From the NCBI GenBank assembly GCA_002104905.1, contig MCFE01000098.1:62001-126000 (forward strand): 64,000 nt of DNA. Reading direction: 5' to 3'. This DNA comes from Basidiobolus meristosporus CBS 931.73 (taxonomy: Eukaryota; Fungi; Basidiobolomycota). The position numbers were made by a program, and so were the translations under genes. The notes below the pieces were generated by a model. The model worked only from the letters and a program-made list of their open reading frames with translations, did not search any database and had not been told where the DNA came from. Of the stretch, positions 1 through 12,122 are shown one piece after another (position 1 is the stretch's first letter; the number at the start of each line of letters is the position of its first letter).

Positions 1-339
1 CCCTTAACTAGTTGGAGAGATGGACAAGATTGAGTTGGTCTATGGTATTGGTGGCAAGGATAAGATGGTTGGAGGAGAGGAAGATTTTGGGAGGGAGATT
101 TTACAGACAAGCATGGGGTTGTGGAGATAAAGGAATTCTATGAGGAGGACGTAACTGATGAGGGCGTAAGGTTTGCATTCAAGATCTAAGAGTTCTATAT
201 TGGAGAGCATGGTTTTGTTGGGGAAGATGTTGCCTAAGATTTTGTTCTGGTAGTTGAGTTGGAGAGCTTTGGGGTAGCAACTATGTAGTGGAAGAGAATA
301 TTGTTGGAATATAAATCAAGGTAAGAGACAAGATCCACA

Positions 340-397
340 GATTTGACTTGATCTACAAGCTCTCCCACTCACCAAGTACAGCCAGTAATAACCCACA
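340..397 (+). repeat. Probable 3' (U5) end of a Gypsy LTR, related to the LTR end at 17405-17462
   Basis: GACTTGATCTACAAGCTCTCCC..ACCAAGTACAG..AGTAATAACCCACA matches the reverse complement of 17405-17462, where it is followed by a PBS-like TATTTGGTAC. Similarity is limited to ~55 bp. Confidence 0.4.
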
Positions 398-409
398 GTG
401 TTTTCTAAT

Positions 410-2760
410 AAAAATCAGTTGCTTATTGCACCCAACCCATCTTAGCATTACTTAACAGATTACCCACACATTGGGGCTGCTTAGCTTCCTAATACCCTAG
501 ACATAAGTGTCTCCATGTGCACATTTGTCCTCAGTATTTTCCAACTCTTCCTGGCTGTCCTCTATGTGTCAACTCATCAAATTCATGATGGACTTGAAGG
601 TATTATTCTTGATGAGATTGAGATATGGTAGGACCTGGAACTTGACTTCTCCGCCTATATCCCCATATATCTGCTCCATAGGAAACTCCCCAAAGATGAA
701 GCAAGGTCCAATATTCTCAACATACCAAGCAAGATGGAGTAGCAAATGGCTAAAGTAGTGGCAGAAAGCTACGCATTCAGCTCTATGTTTGTAGTAAAGC
801 CACCCAAATCCAATCACAAACTCTTTGAACATAAGCTGTAGATGTGTCAAGTTGGCATTGGTGATCTGCTTCTATATAAATATTCTTGCAATGTCCACAT
901 ATAACTCCCAATGCTTCCAATGTACTCTTGGTAGAAGTGGCCTCAGAAGACCACTTGAATAAACACATATCTAATTCATCTAGTCATTGCACCTGTACTG
1001 CTGCATATACATGTTAATGTGGATTGGAGCCTATGAGAAGTACTTAGGGTAGCAGATACTCTGTAAGTTTCTCCGGTACCTCATAGGGCTCATTTAGCTT
1101 GATATGCTCTATGGACAACTTGATCATCAGTATAGGGATATAGTTGAAAAGCAAATGCATTCCTGCCAGTGGAAAGCTTTTGCTCCAACAGATTCCCTCT
1201 ATCTTTAGTATCTCCAGTTTTCAATTAATTCCATATTCTGGCCAATGGCTTAGAGCTTGCCAACTTTGCTGCAATTGCATGCTTACTAATGTCGTTCTCT
1301 GTGTGGAAGGCTGATGTTCTTAGTGCTGGTGTTTGGGTAATAAAAATGTGTGTGAGTTATGGAGTAAATCCTCTGGATCTCACACACATAACAGCAATAC
1401 CATCCATTGTACCCAGAAAAGCTGGCTATCTTGCTGATGGTTGGTGTATATCCAATGCAGACTGTAATATATGCTTTTACCTGATAGCCATATACTATTA
1501 TCCTGCTCAAAAGCAAACAAAATTTATCCAGTAATGAGCACAGGTTGCTATTCAGGTTGGATGGAGATTTAGGCCCAGATACCAGTGAGACTACCATCAG
1601 ACTTCTGCTCTGATACCATAAGATAAGTGGCAGATTCAGGTTGATGAGAATCAGTGGCCAGCAGGATTTGCGGGTAAGCTACTTGTTTAATGAGAGTCCA
1701 TCAACAGCTAAGGTAAAGGCATGGTTGTACATACCTTCAAAGTAGCCCTTGTTTCTTAGCTGTTTGTAATGCTTGCCATCAAATAAATCTGATATGCTTG
1801 CACTTCATTGATACTGAGAGCACTACTTTATAGCTTCAAAATATTTGTTGGACTGCATGAGCTTCTTTATATGGAGTATTACTGGAATATATCTGGAGTG
1901 TGAACAATGTCTTCATACAATGGTGGCATTTTCTGATGGGAATGTCATGCAACTGTTAGCATATGTTTGAATCAGGACAGTCTCTGGGTCATAGGTTCCC
2001 AGCCACATGATGGTTATCCATTCATACCATGTACATGGTAAGTTACATCCCAGGAAGATTCTGGCAAGAAGTAGTAATAAATCCTCAGAGCTGCCATCAC
2101 TGATATTAGTGGAAATGTGACACTGCTCTAGCCATAACATCACATCATTCACCGGTCAATGGATTACTGGGCTCACTTGACTCTGTAAAGTATCCTTGGA
2201 ATTTTTTTCCATGGGTGTTGTCACATTGCATAATGGGATTTTGCTGGGCTCATGAAGGGTACAGTTGTTAGGGAAGATAGGCTCACAATCCATCAGTGAG
2301 CCTGCTTCCTTAGAGCTATCACTCTGCATGCTATATACAGAAGGCTGTGGTGAGCCTAAAGGAATCACAAACTCTCCTGACTTAGTTTGCGCAAGGTGAT
2401 AAGTACAGCCAGATGCAGCTATAGATGTATCAAGTGGCTGGCAAGATAGTATTGGTACAGTAGTGACTGGTGTATGATCAAATATGACTTGTGAAGCAAA
2501 ACACTGGCGTGATCCTTGTAATACTTCCTATGGTGTCTGCATGCTTTATGGCTGAGAAGCTTGCTACAATAGCCACATGGGCTTTTTTCACTTCTCTTAT
2601 GGTGTTGAATCAAAGTAGTCTTGTCCATGGGGCAAACAGTTTGACACACAACAATGTAACACTATTATTTCACTTTTTTGTCAATACTCATGTGAATTCA
2701 AGACGGTTGTGCATTTGGAACATTGCACCTACATGAATGTAAGATTCAATGATGGCCCAC
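410..2760 (-). mobile_element. Degenerate CACTA/EnSpm (Transposase_21-type) transposase region, copy 1
   Basis: ORF fragments LVSGPKSPSNLNS..LLDKF, SGYNGWYCCYVCEI and HLLLHLAWYVENIGPCFIFGEFPMEQIYG match fungal CACTA transposase motifs (GPxEP, GHxG..CxxC, HxxxHL..GP..FPxE). Many stops and frameshifts; no termini identified. Confidence 0.75.
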
Positions 2761-2769
2761 CAGAGTAAG

Positions 2770-5090
2770 CATTATAGATAAAGTGGTGGAACCACATATA
2801 CAGGTATATGTAACACTATTTCCCCTTTGGTTTGACTCACTTCCAAATATATACAATCAAAAAATAAAGCAAAGTTGTCTGGTACCCAACCAAACCTTGC
2901 TGCTGACAGCAGCATAAGAATGGTTGGACAACAGCTTGCTTTGACATTCAGTGCAACAAGCAGAGCTAAAACCAAAAAAGGCTCTGTGGACAGTGTGCCC
3001 ATGGAGGGGAGTAATGCAGACTCCTTAGGCACTCAGTTAAGCAAGCAATTGGGAATCTCTGCAGAGCTGCAAGCTGGCCACATTGCTGAGATGGATGAGA
3101 ATGTAGCAAAAGCAGTACCTTCAGTCAATGACCAGTAAGTAGCTGTCATAACATCATCACCACCTGTATTAGCAAGTATGTTGTCAGCCCATGCCAAAGC
3201 ATTAATGAGGCAGTTAGGTGCAGTGGCTGATAGGACAGATGCAATGGCCCAGAGAAATCAGGAGATAGCCTAGAAACAGGATGAGCCAATAAAAGGTGTA
3301 GTGTAATCAATATCTCAGGCAGAGAAAACAGTATCATTGCTGCAAAGAAGAAGCTTAAGTAGCCCAATGGCACAGCCAAGAATTGAGCCACTTCCTAATA
3401 TGAAAGCAGTGGAACACCATACAGTCTTTGAAGCACAACAACAGTGCCCAAAGATAAAGCCCACAGAAAAACCTATCACAGTTTGTGAGGAAGAAAATGT
3501 AGTATTTATACCAAAGCCAGAAATTCAAAGGACATTGAAGATCTGTGATGCTGCTGAGTGCAATGATGAATAGTGGGCAAATATTCAAGAGGCCATTAGT
3601 GTTGTAAGCATCTTAGAGATACTAGAAGTGATTCTGAGAACAAGTAGAGAATGTGGTTTTCACTTAATGATTTATGGAATGTCAAAGTGGTATTTATACT
3701 CTTACATGGTCTTGGCATTGCAAACACATAGAATACCATCAGGAAGGTCTCAAGCTCTTGTGTGCAAAGTTTGGGGCTTTTTGGACAACTTTGAGAATTT
3801 TCATGTTCTGGGTCCCTGATATTTTAGTCAAATTATGCCAGGTACATCCCAACAGGGATTTTGGTCAGTATTCTCTAGGATTTGGAGGTAATCATCTATG
3901 TGACTAGGTTAGGTGAATATTTAGGAGTTCCAAATTTCTACAACACTCCCACTCAGCTAAATGTTCATACTGACTAGTCATAATTTTGACCAAAGATATT
4001 CAAACTTGTCTCTGGCTAATGGTGTCGTGAATATATCTGCAATCATTTCATCTATAGAACAGTCAGTTAAATTAACCAAGTTATTCTCTATAACTTCATG
4101 TATGAAATGGTGTCTAATATATATGTGCTTAGTTCTAGCATGAAAAGTTAGATATCTACCTAATTGTGTACATCCTTGCTTATTATAAAATAAAGTAATA
4201 TGTATTTTTTAACATAAGCCTAAATCTTTGAAAAGTTTCCTTAACCACATTGCGTGTTTTGTACCTTTACAGGTAGATGGGTTTGCAGAGAAAGGCAATT
4301 TGTCTACCACAGCCTCCAAGTCCTCCATTGATGACAGAGTGGAGATCCCATTGACAGACAAAGTAGAAACATCAAGAAGTCAAAAGGCTATCACAATGCC
4401 TTTGGTGGAATTTTGGAACATTGATAGGCACACCAAGAGGTTGCAGCACTTCTTCATGAGCAGTGCTCAAGAAAACACACTTTAATATTGCAAGGTTTTA
4501 TTGCTAAGACTGGGAGATGAGGTGCTAGACCGTGCAGTGCTGGCTGAAGGCCAGGGAACCAGTGAATGAACAATGGCATAAAGCTGTAGGGTTCCTGCCA
4601 AAGTCATGGAAGCAGAGCATTACAGCAGAAGCACTTATAGAGTGGTGGATTTTTATGGAGTTACTTGTTGAGTGTGGGGTTGGGCTCAATGCTAATGTGG
4701 AGTATAGGGACTTGTACAGGTTAGCACAATTGGCAATTGTGATACAACTGAGTTTCAACTCAAATAAATTGATTTGTATGCATGAAGAAAACAAGAAATG
4801 GTTGAATCATGTAGTAAGGAGTGTGAAGCAGAGGCAATAGCCAACCAATGCACATAAACATAGGAGGTGATAGAGTGTCCAGGATCAGAAAGTGGGGAAA
4901 TTGGCAGAGAACCAATTGAAAGCCACTTTTGTATTGTTGCAATGAAAAATTTTGACTAAGCTATTTATGATATCAGGGATGCAATTATTTTTTGATGGAC
5001 TTTACATAGTGTCCTGATGGAATCTAAACCTCTTAGTCACAGGACATAAAGTTTGTGATGCCCTTTTGATAGGATCATCACCAGGGGGAT
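2770..5090 (+). pseudogene. Degenerate unknown-function ORF (family D, candidate second gene of the CACTA element), interrupted by a Copia fragment
   Basis: Homologous to 27390-27836 plus 31238-31760, 43140-43900 and 45300-45950. Consensus frame includes MPxVEFWNI.RHTKRLQHFF..PVNEQWHKAV..LPKSW..LMELLVEYGVGL. No recognised domain. Confidence 0.4.
3600..4273 (-). mobile_element. Ty1/Copia 3' fragment: LTR (3600-3945), PPT and RNase H C-terminus
   Basis: TG...CA LTR similar to 34543-34890. Adjacent CTCCCACT is the reverse complement of a PPT. The minus strand encodes TKHIYIRHHFI..MIADIFT, the Copia RNase H end. Confidence 0.8.
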
Positions 5091-5719
5091 AGGACTATAT
5101 ATCCTTTTTGGCAATATGGATGCTAAGAGTTATTTGCTCATACTGATACGGTTCTGGGGTGATGCACAGTAAGTGTGCCAAGATAGAAGTGTATGTAAGT
5201 GCATACTAGGATATCACATGGGGATATGCCAAGGATCAGCTGAGCATGTGACTAGGTCATGTGAGATGAAATTACTATACAAGGTTTTAAGCTATATATG
5301 TTCTAATAGGAAGCTTCCATAAAATATTCCATTGTGTAACATTGACTTGATACATGCAAGAAGTTGCTAGAATATAGCTGTTTAGAAGCAGATGGGATTT
5401 CTTTACCAACTTGAATTGACTGGATCATGAATGGCCAAGGATCTTGTGTGATCAACACAGTGTGGACCTATGCAGAGTGTGTCCTTAGGTGGGATGAAAT
5501 ACTTAATAACTTCTATTGATGATTAAATGCAATACTCATGAGTCTACTGCATGAAAATAAAGGGAGAATCTCTGTCTATGCTCAGAAAGATTAAAGTCAA
5601 GGTGGGGAGAAAAACAGGTGAAAAAGTCAAGAAAATATGCTCTAAAAATGGTGGAAAATATGCCTCAAAACTCTTCATCCACTTAGGCTAAATCCATGGG
5701 CTAGAGCATGAGACTACAT

Positions 5720-8240
5720 TTGTATTATTGAACTAATTACCCATGCATTAGGGCTGCTTAACTTCTCAATTACAAAGGCATAACTATCTCCATGTTCACA
5801 TCTGTCCTCAGTATATTCCAACTCTTGCTGACTATCCTCCATATGCCAGCTGTTCACATCCATGATGGACCTGAAGGTAATATTCTTGATGAGATTGGAG
5901 CATAGTAGTGCCTGCTACTTGACTTGTCTTCCTATCTCCCCACACATCTGCTTCATAGGAAACCTACAAAAGGTGAAGCAAGGTCCAATATTTGCAACAC
6001 ACCAAGCAAGATGGAGTAACAAATGGATACAGCAGTGGCAGAGATAGAAGCATTCAGCTTTATGTTTGAGGTTTAGCAGCTCAAATTTTGTCACAAACTC
6101 TTTGCACAAAAGCTGCAGATGCGCCAAGTTGGCATTGGTGTTCTGCTTCTGAATAAATATTTCAACAATGTCCACTTATGACTCCTAATGCTTCCAATGT
6201 ACACTTGGCTGAAATGGCTTCAGAAGGCCATTGAATACATACATATTCAGCTCATCCAGTCCTTGCATGTATTGTTGCATATGCATATGAATGTGATTGA
6301 AACCCATGAGAAGTACATAGGGTGACATATGCCCTGTAGTATCTTGCCAATTCTTTCAAATCCCTCTGGTATCTCAAAGGGCACATTTAGCTTGAAATGT
6401 CACATGAGTAACTGGCCATTTTTATTCAAATATTGTTGAAAAGCAAATACATTGCTCCCAGTGGAAAGCTTTTGCTCCAACAGATACCCTCTATCTTAAG
6501 TATCTCTGGTTTCCAATTAATTCCATGTTGAGGCCAATGGCTTATGGGTTGCCAACTATGCTGCATTTATATGCTGAATTCTGTATGTTCACTCTGTGGA
6601 AAAATAATGTCCATAGTGTTGGTGTTTGGATTATAATAATATGTGTGAGCTATGGAGTAAGTCTCCTGGATCTCACACATTTGACAGCAATACTGTCCAT
6701 TGTGCCCAGAAAAGTCAGCTATCTTTCTGACTGTTGGGGTATCTCCACTGCAATTAGTAATATGTGCTTTTATATAATGGACATTTACTGTTTTCCTGCT
6801 GGAAAGCATACAAAATTCATCCAGCAATGGATACAGGTAGCTATCCAGGTTGGACAGTGATTTAGGCCCAGATACAAGTGAGACTACCATCAGATCTTGG
6901 CTCTGATACCATTAGATAGGTGGTGGATTCAGGTTGATGAGAATCAGTGGCCAGCAGGATTTGCTGGTAGAGTTCTTATTTAACAAAAATACACCAAGTG
7001 CCAAGACAAAGGCATGGTCATACATACCTGCCAGGTAGCCCTTGCTTCTTAGCTGCTTGTAATGTTTGGCATCAAATATATTTGATATGCTTGCGCTTGA
7101 TCAATACTGAGTGTGGCACTTTATAGCCTCACAATACTTGTAGTACTGCATGAGCTTCTTTATATGAGGTATTACCAGAATACATCTAGGGTGTGAGTGA
7201 TATTTTCCCCCAACACTGGTAGATTCCTAACAAGTTGGACACCTTGAAATGGTGACATTTTCTGATGTGAACTGTTGTATCCAAGAGAAAAGTGTAATAA
7301 ACACTTGAATGAGTTAACTGAACCCAAGTGACAGCTAAGTGCAGAATCTTAGAATTGTCAAGGGTGACAGAAATATTAGCAAAGAAGTTCTGGTCTAATA
7401 TTGGTTGATGAGTTGGGCTATAAAGGCAACAGAGTTGGTTTGCTATGCTAGATATGCTAGACTTGGGTGGAAACTACAACAGAATTGTTGAATTTTTAAT
7501 TTTGCTGAGGCACAAGCTTAATTTTGTACAGACTCACGCTAAACCAAGAGGTTCAGTAAACTTTGTTTATATTTCTCAGATCAAGTCACATTAGTAAGCA
7601 CTAAAAGACTGGACTAATTGAAATCTGTTGGAGTGTTCATAGGTGCATAAGATAAATGAGAAATTGCATCATTAAACAGCTGATGTCTTGGCAACTGCTA
7701 AGAGGTTGGATAGATCTCAGATGACTAATCACTTGGAAAGGCTTAGCAGATCAGTTGAGGATGCAATGACCACATGAGAATTGATCAGTTGAGGCAGCTA
7801 AAAATAGATTCTGAGCAGTGATAAAATAAATCATTACTGGGATTGGTTATGTTTGGTTAGGGAAAATCAGTCAGGGTACTAGATTTTCTAGTGGAGTAAA
7901 ATAGGCTAAGTTCTGAATGTTGATGCACAACATGCACTCCATGCAACTGTTAACACATGCTGGTATCAGAACAGACTCTGGGTCATGTGCAGCCAGCTGC
8001 ATGATGGTTTTTCATTTATACCATGTATATGGTAAGTTGCATTCTGGGATGATTTTGGCAAGAAGTAGTAGTAGATCCTCAAAGCCCTCATTACTGATAT
8101 AAGTGGAACAGACCACTTCTTTAGCAACAGCATCATATCATTCACCAGTAGATGGATTACTGGGCTCACTTGATTCTGTAAAGTATCCATGGCATTTCTT
8201 TCTGGGGTGTTTTCCCATTGCATAATGGGATTTTGTTAAG
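5720..8240 (-). mobile_element. Degenerate CACTA/EnSpm transposase region, copy 2
   Basis: Collinear with 410-2240 (HLLLHLAWCVANIGP, GPKSLSNLDSYLYPLLDEF, GDTPTVRKIADFSGHNGQYCCQMCEI). Interrupted by a solo LTR. Confidence 0.75.
7273..7932. repeat. Solo LTR, family H
   Basis: TGTTGTATCC...GCACAACA termini. 5-bp TSD TGAAC/TGCAC. The CACTA host sequence is continuous across it. A second copy lies at 39312-40006. Confidence 0.8.
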
Positions 8241-9309
8241 GGTGATGGTGTACTTTGATCTGTGGTCCAAACTAATAACAGTGCAAGGGCCAATCCATTG
8301 GGGTGCAAATCATGGGCAAAACTTGAGGCCTGCAATGGTTTGGCTGTACCACACCTTATTGCATAGTTTACACTTCTGTCCCGTTGGTTTCTTGTTTTAG
8401 GGTGGAGGGGGAAGGTGCTTGTTGACATTGTCAAATACTTTTACGTATAGATGGGCAATACAGTGTATCAGCCATTCTACATAGTTGTTATGTGTTGTCA
8501 AGGGGACACCTTCCATTGTCAATCCAGCTTCTTCATGCCACTTGGGCCTTTGTCCATACAGAACTTTGTAAGTGGAGAAACCTGTTGTTTTATTTGGTGT
8601 TGTATGCACTGCTAGGAGTGCCAGTGGAAGCAGTTTGGCCTATGACAGGGGAAGTTCCTAGTGAAGCTTCTCTCATCATTTTGAACAAATGGGCCATGGT
8701 GTTGTTCAGGAAGGAGCCACCATTATTGGACAGGAGTATCTGAGGATATCTGTGCCAGCAGATGAGGTGTTCCAGAATGAATTGGGTGGTTGTCTTCTGA
8801 TCTTTGTTTCCAATGGCTGAGGCTTTGACCCACTTTGAGAAATAGTTGGTAGCAATTATTAAGTATTGTTCCCCTTTCATTGCTATCATAAAGGGGCCAA
8901 CAAAGTCAATCCCTACTCAGTGGAAGGGTAGGTCAACTGGTATTGGTGCAGTTGCCCCTATCTGCTGACTCTGGTTAAATTTTTTGCAGGTGGATCATCT
9001 TTATAATGTATTTGTGGCATCAATTATCATTTTTTTCCAATAAAACACCTTTCTTAACAACTTATATGTTGTTAGTGGGTTAGCATATCCTAATGATATA
9101 TATCTTTCTTGAATGAATTCTTCACAGACAGTTACTGGGGGTACCTCTACTCTGAACTGTCCTTGGAGGAACCATAATTGGTTTTTTGTACACTGTACTG
9201 ACACAATTTCCTTCAAAAGTACCTCTTCTGCTTGTTTGTAACAACATGTTTGGGGTACTTTCCCTTTCTCTTAAAGCAGATTACATCCTTGTAGTCATCA
9301 CTGAGGCGT

Positions 9310-10113
9310 TGTGGTGGTGTAGAGGTACTCCTGGGAGAAGCTACACAACTCAAGGTGTGTGAGGTGTCTGATGGGTGCAATAACCTCTTTGTCTAAACTG
9401 CTGGTGTCTTTGTCAATATGTTACTATGGTAAAAGCTCCTGCTTCTCTAGCTTCCTAGGTGCTCCAAGTGTCTCCAAAGGCCTCTGTGTGTCTTGTGCAC
9501 TACCCTGAAAAGCTCCTTGATGGCAGGTCTGAGATGTACTGTTGAAGGCAGGTGCAGTGATCAACTGCTAATCAATAAGGGAAAAGTGTTACTGATAGAA
9601 GGGATGATTTATTGATGAGGGATTGCTTTCCCTTAAATACTTTTCCTGATTGCCAAGTGATTACTAATGACAAGGTTCTAGAAGATTCTAGGTATCAGTG
9701 GAATTCTTGATGACATCACTATGAGCTAAAAATATGCCAAGAATGTCCTGGAAGGTTCTAAAAGGCACAGCACTCTCAACCAATCAGGAATCAGTAGTCT
9801 GTAACCTGTGCAACATAGAAATACCATATATGGTATTGAAATGGTAGAGATGGTAACATAGACCTAGGTCATGTGTCACAGGTACTGACGCGGGTACTTG
9901 CCTTATATAGATACATCTACTGATCACAAAGCTGAATAACATCTGGGATAACTAATGCTAATAACTAATCAGGGTAAACATCATATGGGGATAATACTGA
10001 TAATATGGGCAAAAGAAGAATGGGATAATACTGATAAGATAAAATATGGATAAGTATATCATAATGACTATATGAATAAACTTGTCTGTGGGAGGTATGT
10101 TTACCCTACCACA
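9310..10113 (-). repeat. 3' LTR of element A
   Basis: TGTGGTGG...CTACCACA. Near-identical to 12123-12926. Confidence 0.95.
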
Positions 10114-10123
10114 TCCACCCCCC
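10114..10123 (-). promoter_or_regulatory. Polypurine tract of element A
   Basis: GGGGGGTGGA on the minus strand directly before the 3' LTR. Confidence 0.85.
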
Positions 10124-10191
10124 ACTTGAGCTAAAAAGTTTCAGGGAACTTTTTAGCTAACCACTGTAGGTTTGGAGAACAAAGTGCTCTC

Positions 10192-12048
10192 TCAGTCTTC
10201 CTCAATGAAGCCACCTGTCCTTTCTTGAGATAGAAATCTACATGATGTCATTGATCGGATATTGTTTGAGTCCACACCACAGAAGGTTGCTGTTAGTCCT
10301 GGGCTCTCTGAGTATATAGTATACCATGCTGAACCATCTGGGTAGTTCACTGCAGTTGCTCTTGCTTTTACTTCCCATGGTCTTCCAAGAAGTAATTCAA
10401 AGTTAGCCTTTGCACAAATGAATACTGGGATCTCATGGGGTATTCCTTCAATGATGAGAGGGAAGCTGTGAATAATTCCTAAAAGCTTTGATTGCCCTGA
10501 GTTGGCATCCTTCATGCTCCAATTGATATTGGTGTCTATGGGCAATAAGTCTTTGCATGGTAGTTGTTTCCAAGCCTCCAAAGGCATCACACATATCTCA
10601 GATCCACTGTCTATATGACATAGGATTTCTTGATTATGCACAGTTCCTGTAGTTGTTGCAGTTGCCACTGAGTAGTAGTGTTTCTGGCTTTGATGCAGCT
10701 TACTGATATCTTGGCTTCCTTGAACTGTCCTGACCTGGTTGCCTTGATTTGCTTCAATTGGATGCTTTCTTATTCCAATATGCTCATCCAGAGTCTTTCT
10801 TACAGATGGTGATACACTGAGTAGCTCTCCAACCTTGATTGATATGTTGCTTCCTAGTATATGACTTGTCAGAGCCTCTGGGGTACCATTTTGCTTGACT
10901 CTAGGCTGCATGTGGTAGTTGTTGGCCTTGGCAGACTCTTGTAAAATTAATGGGGGTGATGCTTTCTTCTCAATCACAACTTCTGGCTCACATCTTGGTA
11001 CTTTTGTTACTGGGCCTGGATTAGCCATTTTTTCAGGATGGTATCTCTTTGAAGCATAAATTGAAGCTATATGATCTGGGGCCTCTCTGGGGTCCTCATA
11101 GTCAAAGTTCAGAACTTCAGCTGGATCAAAGTAGTCAGGATCTTCTTCTTCATGGAGGTGAACCTTTCTTGTTTGAGAGGTGACTTGCTTGTAGTGAACT
11201 CTCATTCCTCCTTGTCCAAATGCTGTGGATAATTTGTCACCATGCTTACTGACTATGTATCCCTGAGGACTATATAGGACATCACCTGTGGATAGTAATG
11301 ACTGAAGCTCTTGGCAATTTCTCTTGGAATGGTTGGCAGAGTCACACCACATGCATGTATATTTGACTTCTTTCTCTACTGGCTTCTGACCATATGCTTT
11401 GCTGGCAAGTAGCAAAGAGAGTTTCTCTAGTTGCTGTGTCAGCTCCTGAATTTGAGTGCTTTGATGGCTGGGATTAAGTATGTCTTGGCTCTCTTGGTTT
11501 TGTTCTGGGCTTGAAAGAAGCTTTCTGATTGGTGAGGTTTCTTCAGGGGCAAGTAGAATCTGCTTAGCTAACTGAAATGCAGGCAGTGAACTCATAGCTT
11601 TCACAGTAGGATTGTTTTCAATCCTTCTCACCAGGCCTTCTGGTAGTGCTCTGAGCAGATAGGCAGATAAAGTCAGATCTGTGATAATGCCTTGGGCTTT
11701 CAGTGACTCTCCAATTTGCTCAAGGCCACTCAAGTATTCTTTCAATGGTAGCTGCTTAAACTTGCTATAAGCAAAGTTCTCCAAGTCTTGAAGTGTGTAG
11801 TCAACTTGTCTCTCTCCATATTCATCAATCAAGTAGCTCTTCAAGAGGGTCCAATTTGTCAGCAGATCATTTCTTTCATATAATGAGAGCATGATCTCAT
11901 CAGTGCTGTAGGGGGGCATCTCTTCAGCCATAATGGCCTCAGGTATTTTGTGGGCTCTGCAGAAAAGCTCCCACCTCTTGATGAAAGCTTTAACTTTGGT
12001 TCCATCAAAGAAAGGAGTTCCTTGCATTCCTGGTAAAGGTAGATCCAT
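10192..12048 (-). CDS. Gag-protease polyprotein (618 aa) of a Ty3/Gypsy-type element
   Basis: N-terminal PFFDGTKVKAFIKRWELFC (fungal Gypsy gag type), zinc knuckle CMWCDSANHSKRNC, and aspartic protease HIDSGSEICVM...LLLGRPW. The ORF is uninterrupted. Confidence 0.9.
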   Translation of the reverse strand: MDLPLPGMQGTPFFDGTKVKAFIKRWELFCRAHKIPEAIMAEEMPPYSTDEIMLSLYERNDLLTNWTLLKSYLIDEYGERQVDYTLQDLENFAYSKFKQLPLKEYLSGLEQIGESLKAQGIITDLTLSAYLLRALPEGLVRRIENNPTVKAMSSLPAFQLAKQILLAPEETSPIRKLLSSPEQNQESQDILNPSHQSTQIQELTQQLEKLSLLLASKAYGQKPVEKEVKYTCMWCDSANHSKRNCQELQSLLSTGDVLYSPQGYIVSKHGDKLSTAFGQGGMRVHYKQVTSQTRKVHLHEEEDPDYFDPAEVLNFDYEDPREAPDHIASIYASKRYHPEKMANPGPVTKVPRCEPEVVIEKKASPPLILQESAKANNYHMQPRVKQNGTPEALTSHILGSNISIKVGELLSVSPSVRKTLDEHIGIRKHPIEANQGNQVRTVQGSQDISKLHQSQKHYYSVATATTTGTVHNQEILCHIDSGSEICVMPLEAWKQLPCKDLLPIDTNINWSMKDANSGQSKLLGIIHSFPLIIEGIPHEIPVFICAKANFELLLGRPWEVKARATAVNYPDGSAWYTIYSESPGLTATFCGVDSNNIRSMTSCRFLSQERTGGFIEED

Positions 12049-12101
12049 GGTCTTGATAATTTGTTCTTTCTTAAGTCTTCTAGGGGCAGTTCAGTCAAAC
12101 C

Positions 12102-12118
12102 CCCCACGTTGGGTGCCA
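12102..12118 (-). promoter_or_regulatory. Primer-binding site, tRNA-Lys type
   Basis: TGGCACCCAACGTGGGG versus the canonical tRNA-Lys PBS TGGCGCCCAACGTGGGGC: one mismatch, at a CpG. Confidence 0.85.
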
Positions 12119-12122
12119 AATA

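Noticed and set aside
1-300. Minus-strand frame with LPEQILGNIF resembling an F-box start
   Set aside because: No start or continuation, low-complexity composition, and it adjoins an LTR-like end. Probably LTR sequence.
393-402. CAGTG near the CACTA copy as a possible terminus
   Set aside because: Wrong orientation for a left end, overlaps the LTR terminus, and no partner TIR or 3-bp TSD was found.
4570-4640. An alternative frame resembling the lipoate ligase motif GRKLxGS
   Set aside because: It has stops in more than one copy and lacks the HHGT motif.
4525-4794. Recurring minus-strand ORFs at 4525-4794, 27559-27906 and 43291-43632
   Set aside because: They are antisense shadows of the same family D repeat. 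The plus frame links to the upstream repeats and reads more protein-like.
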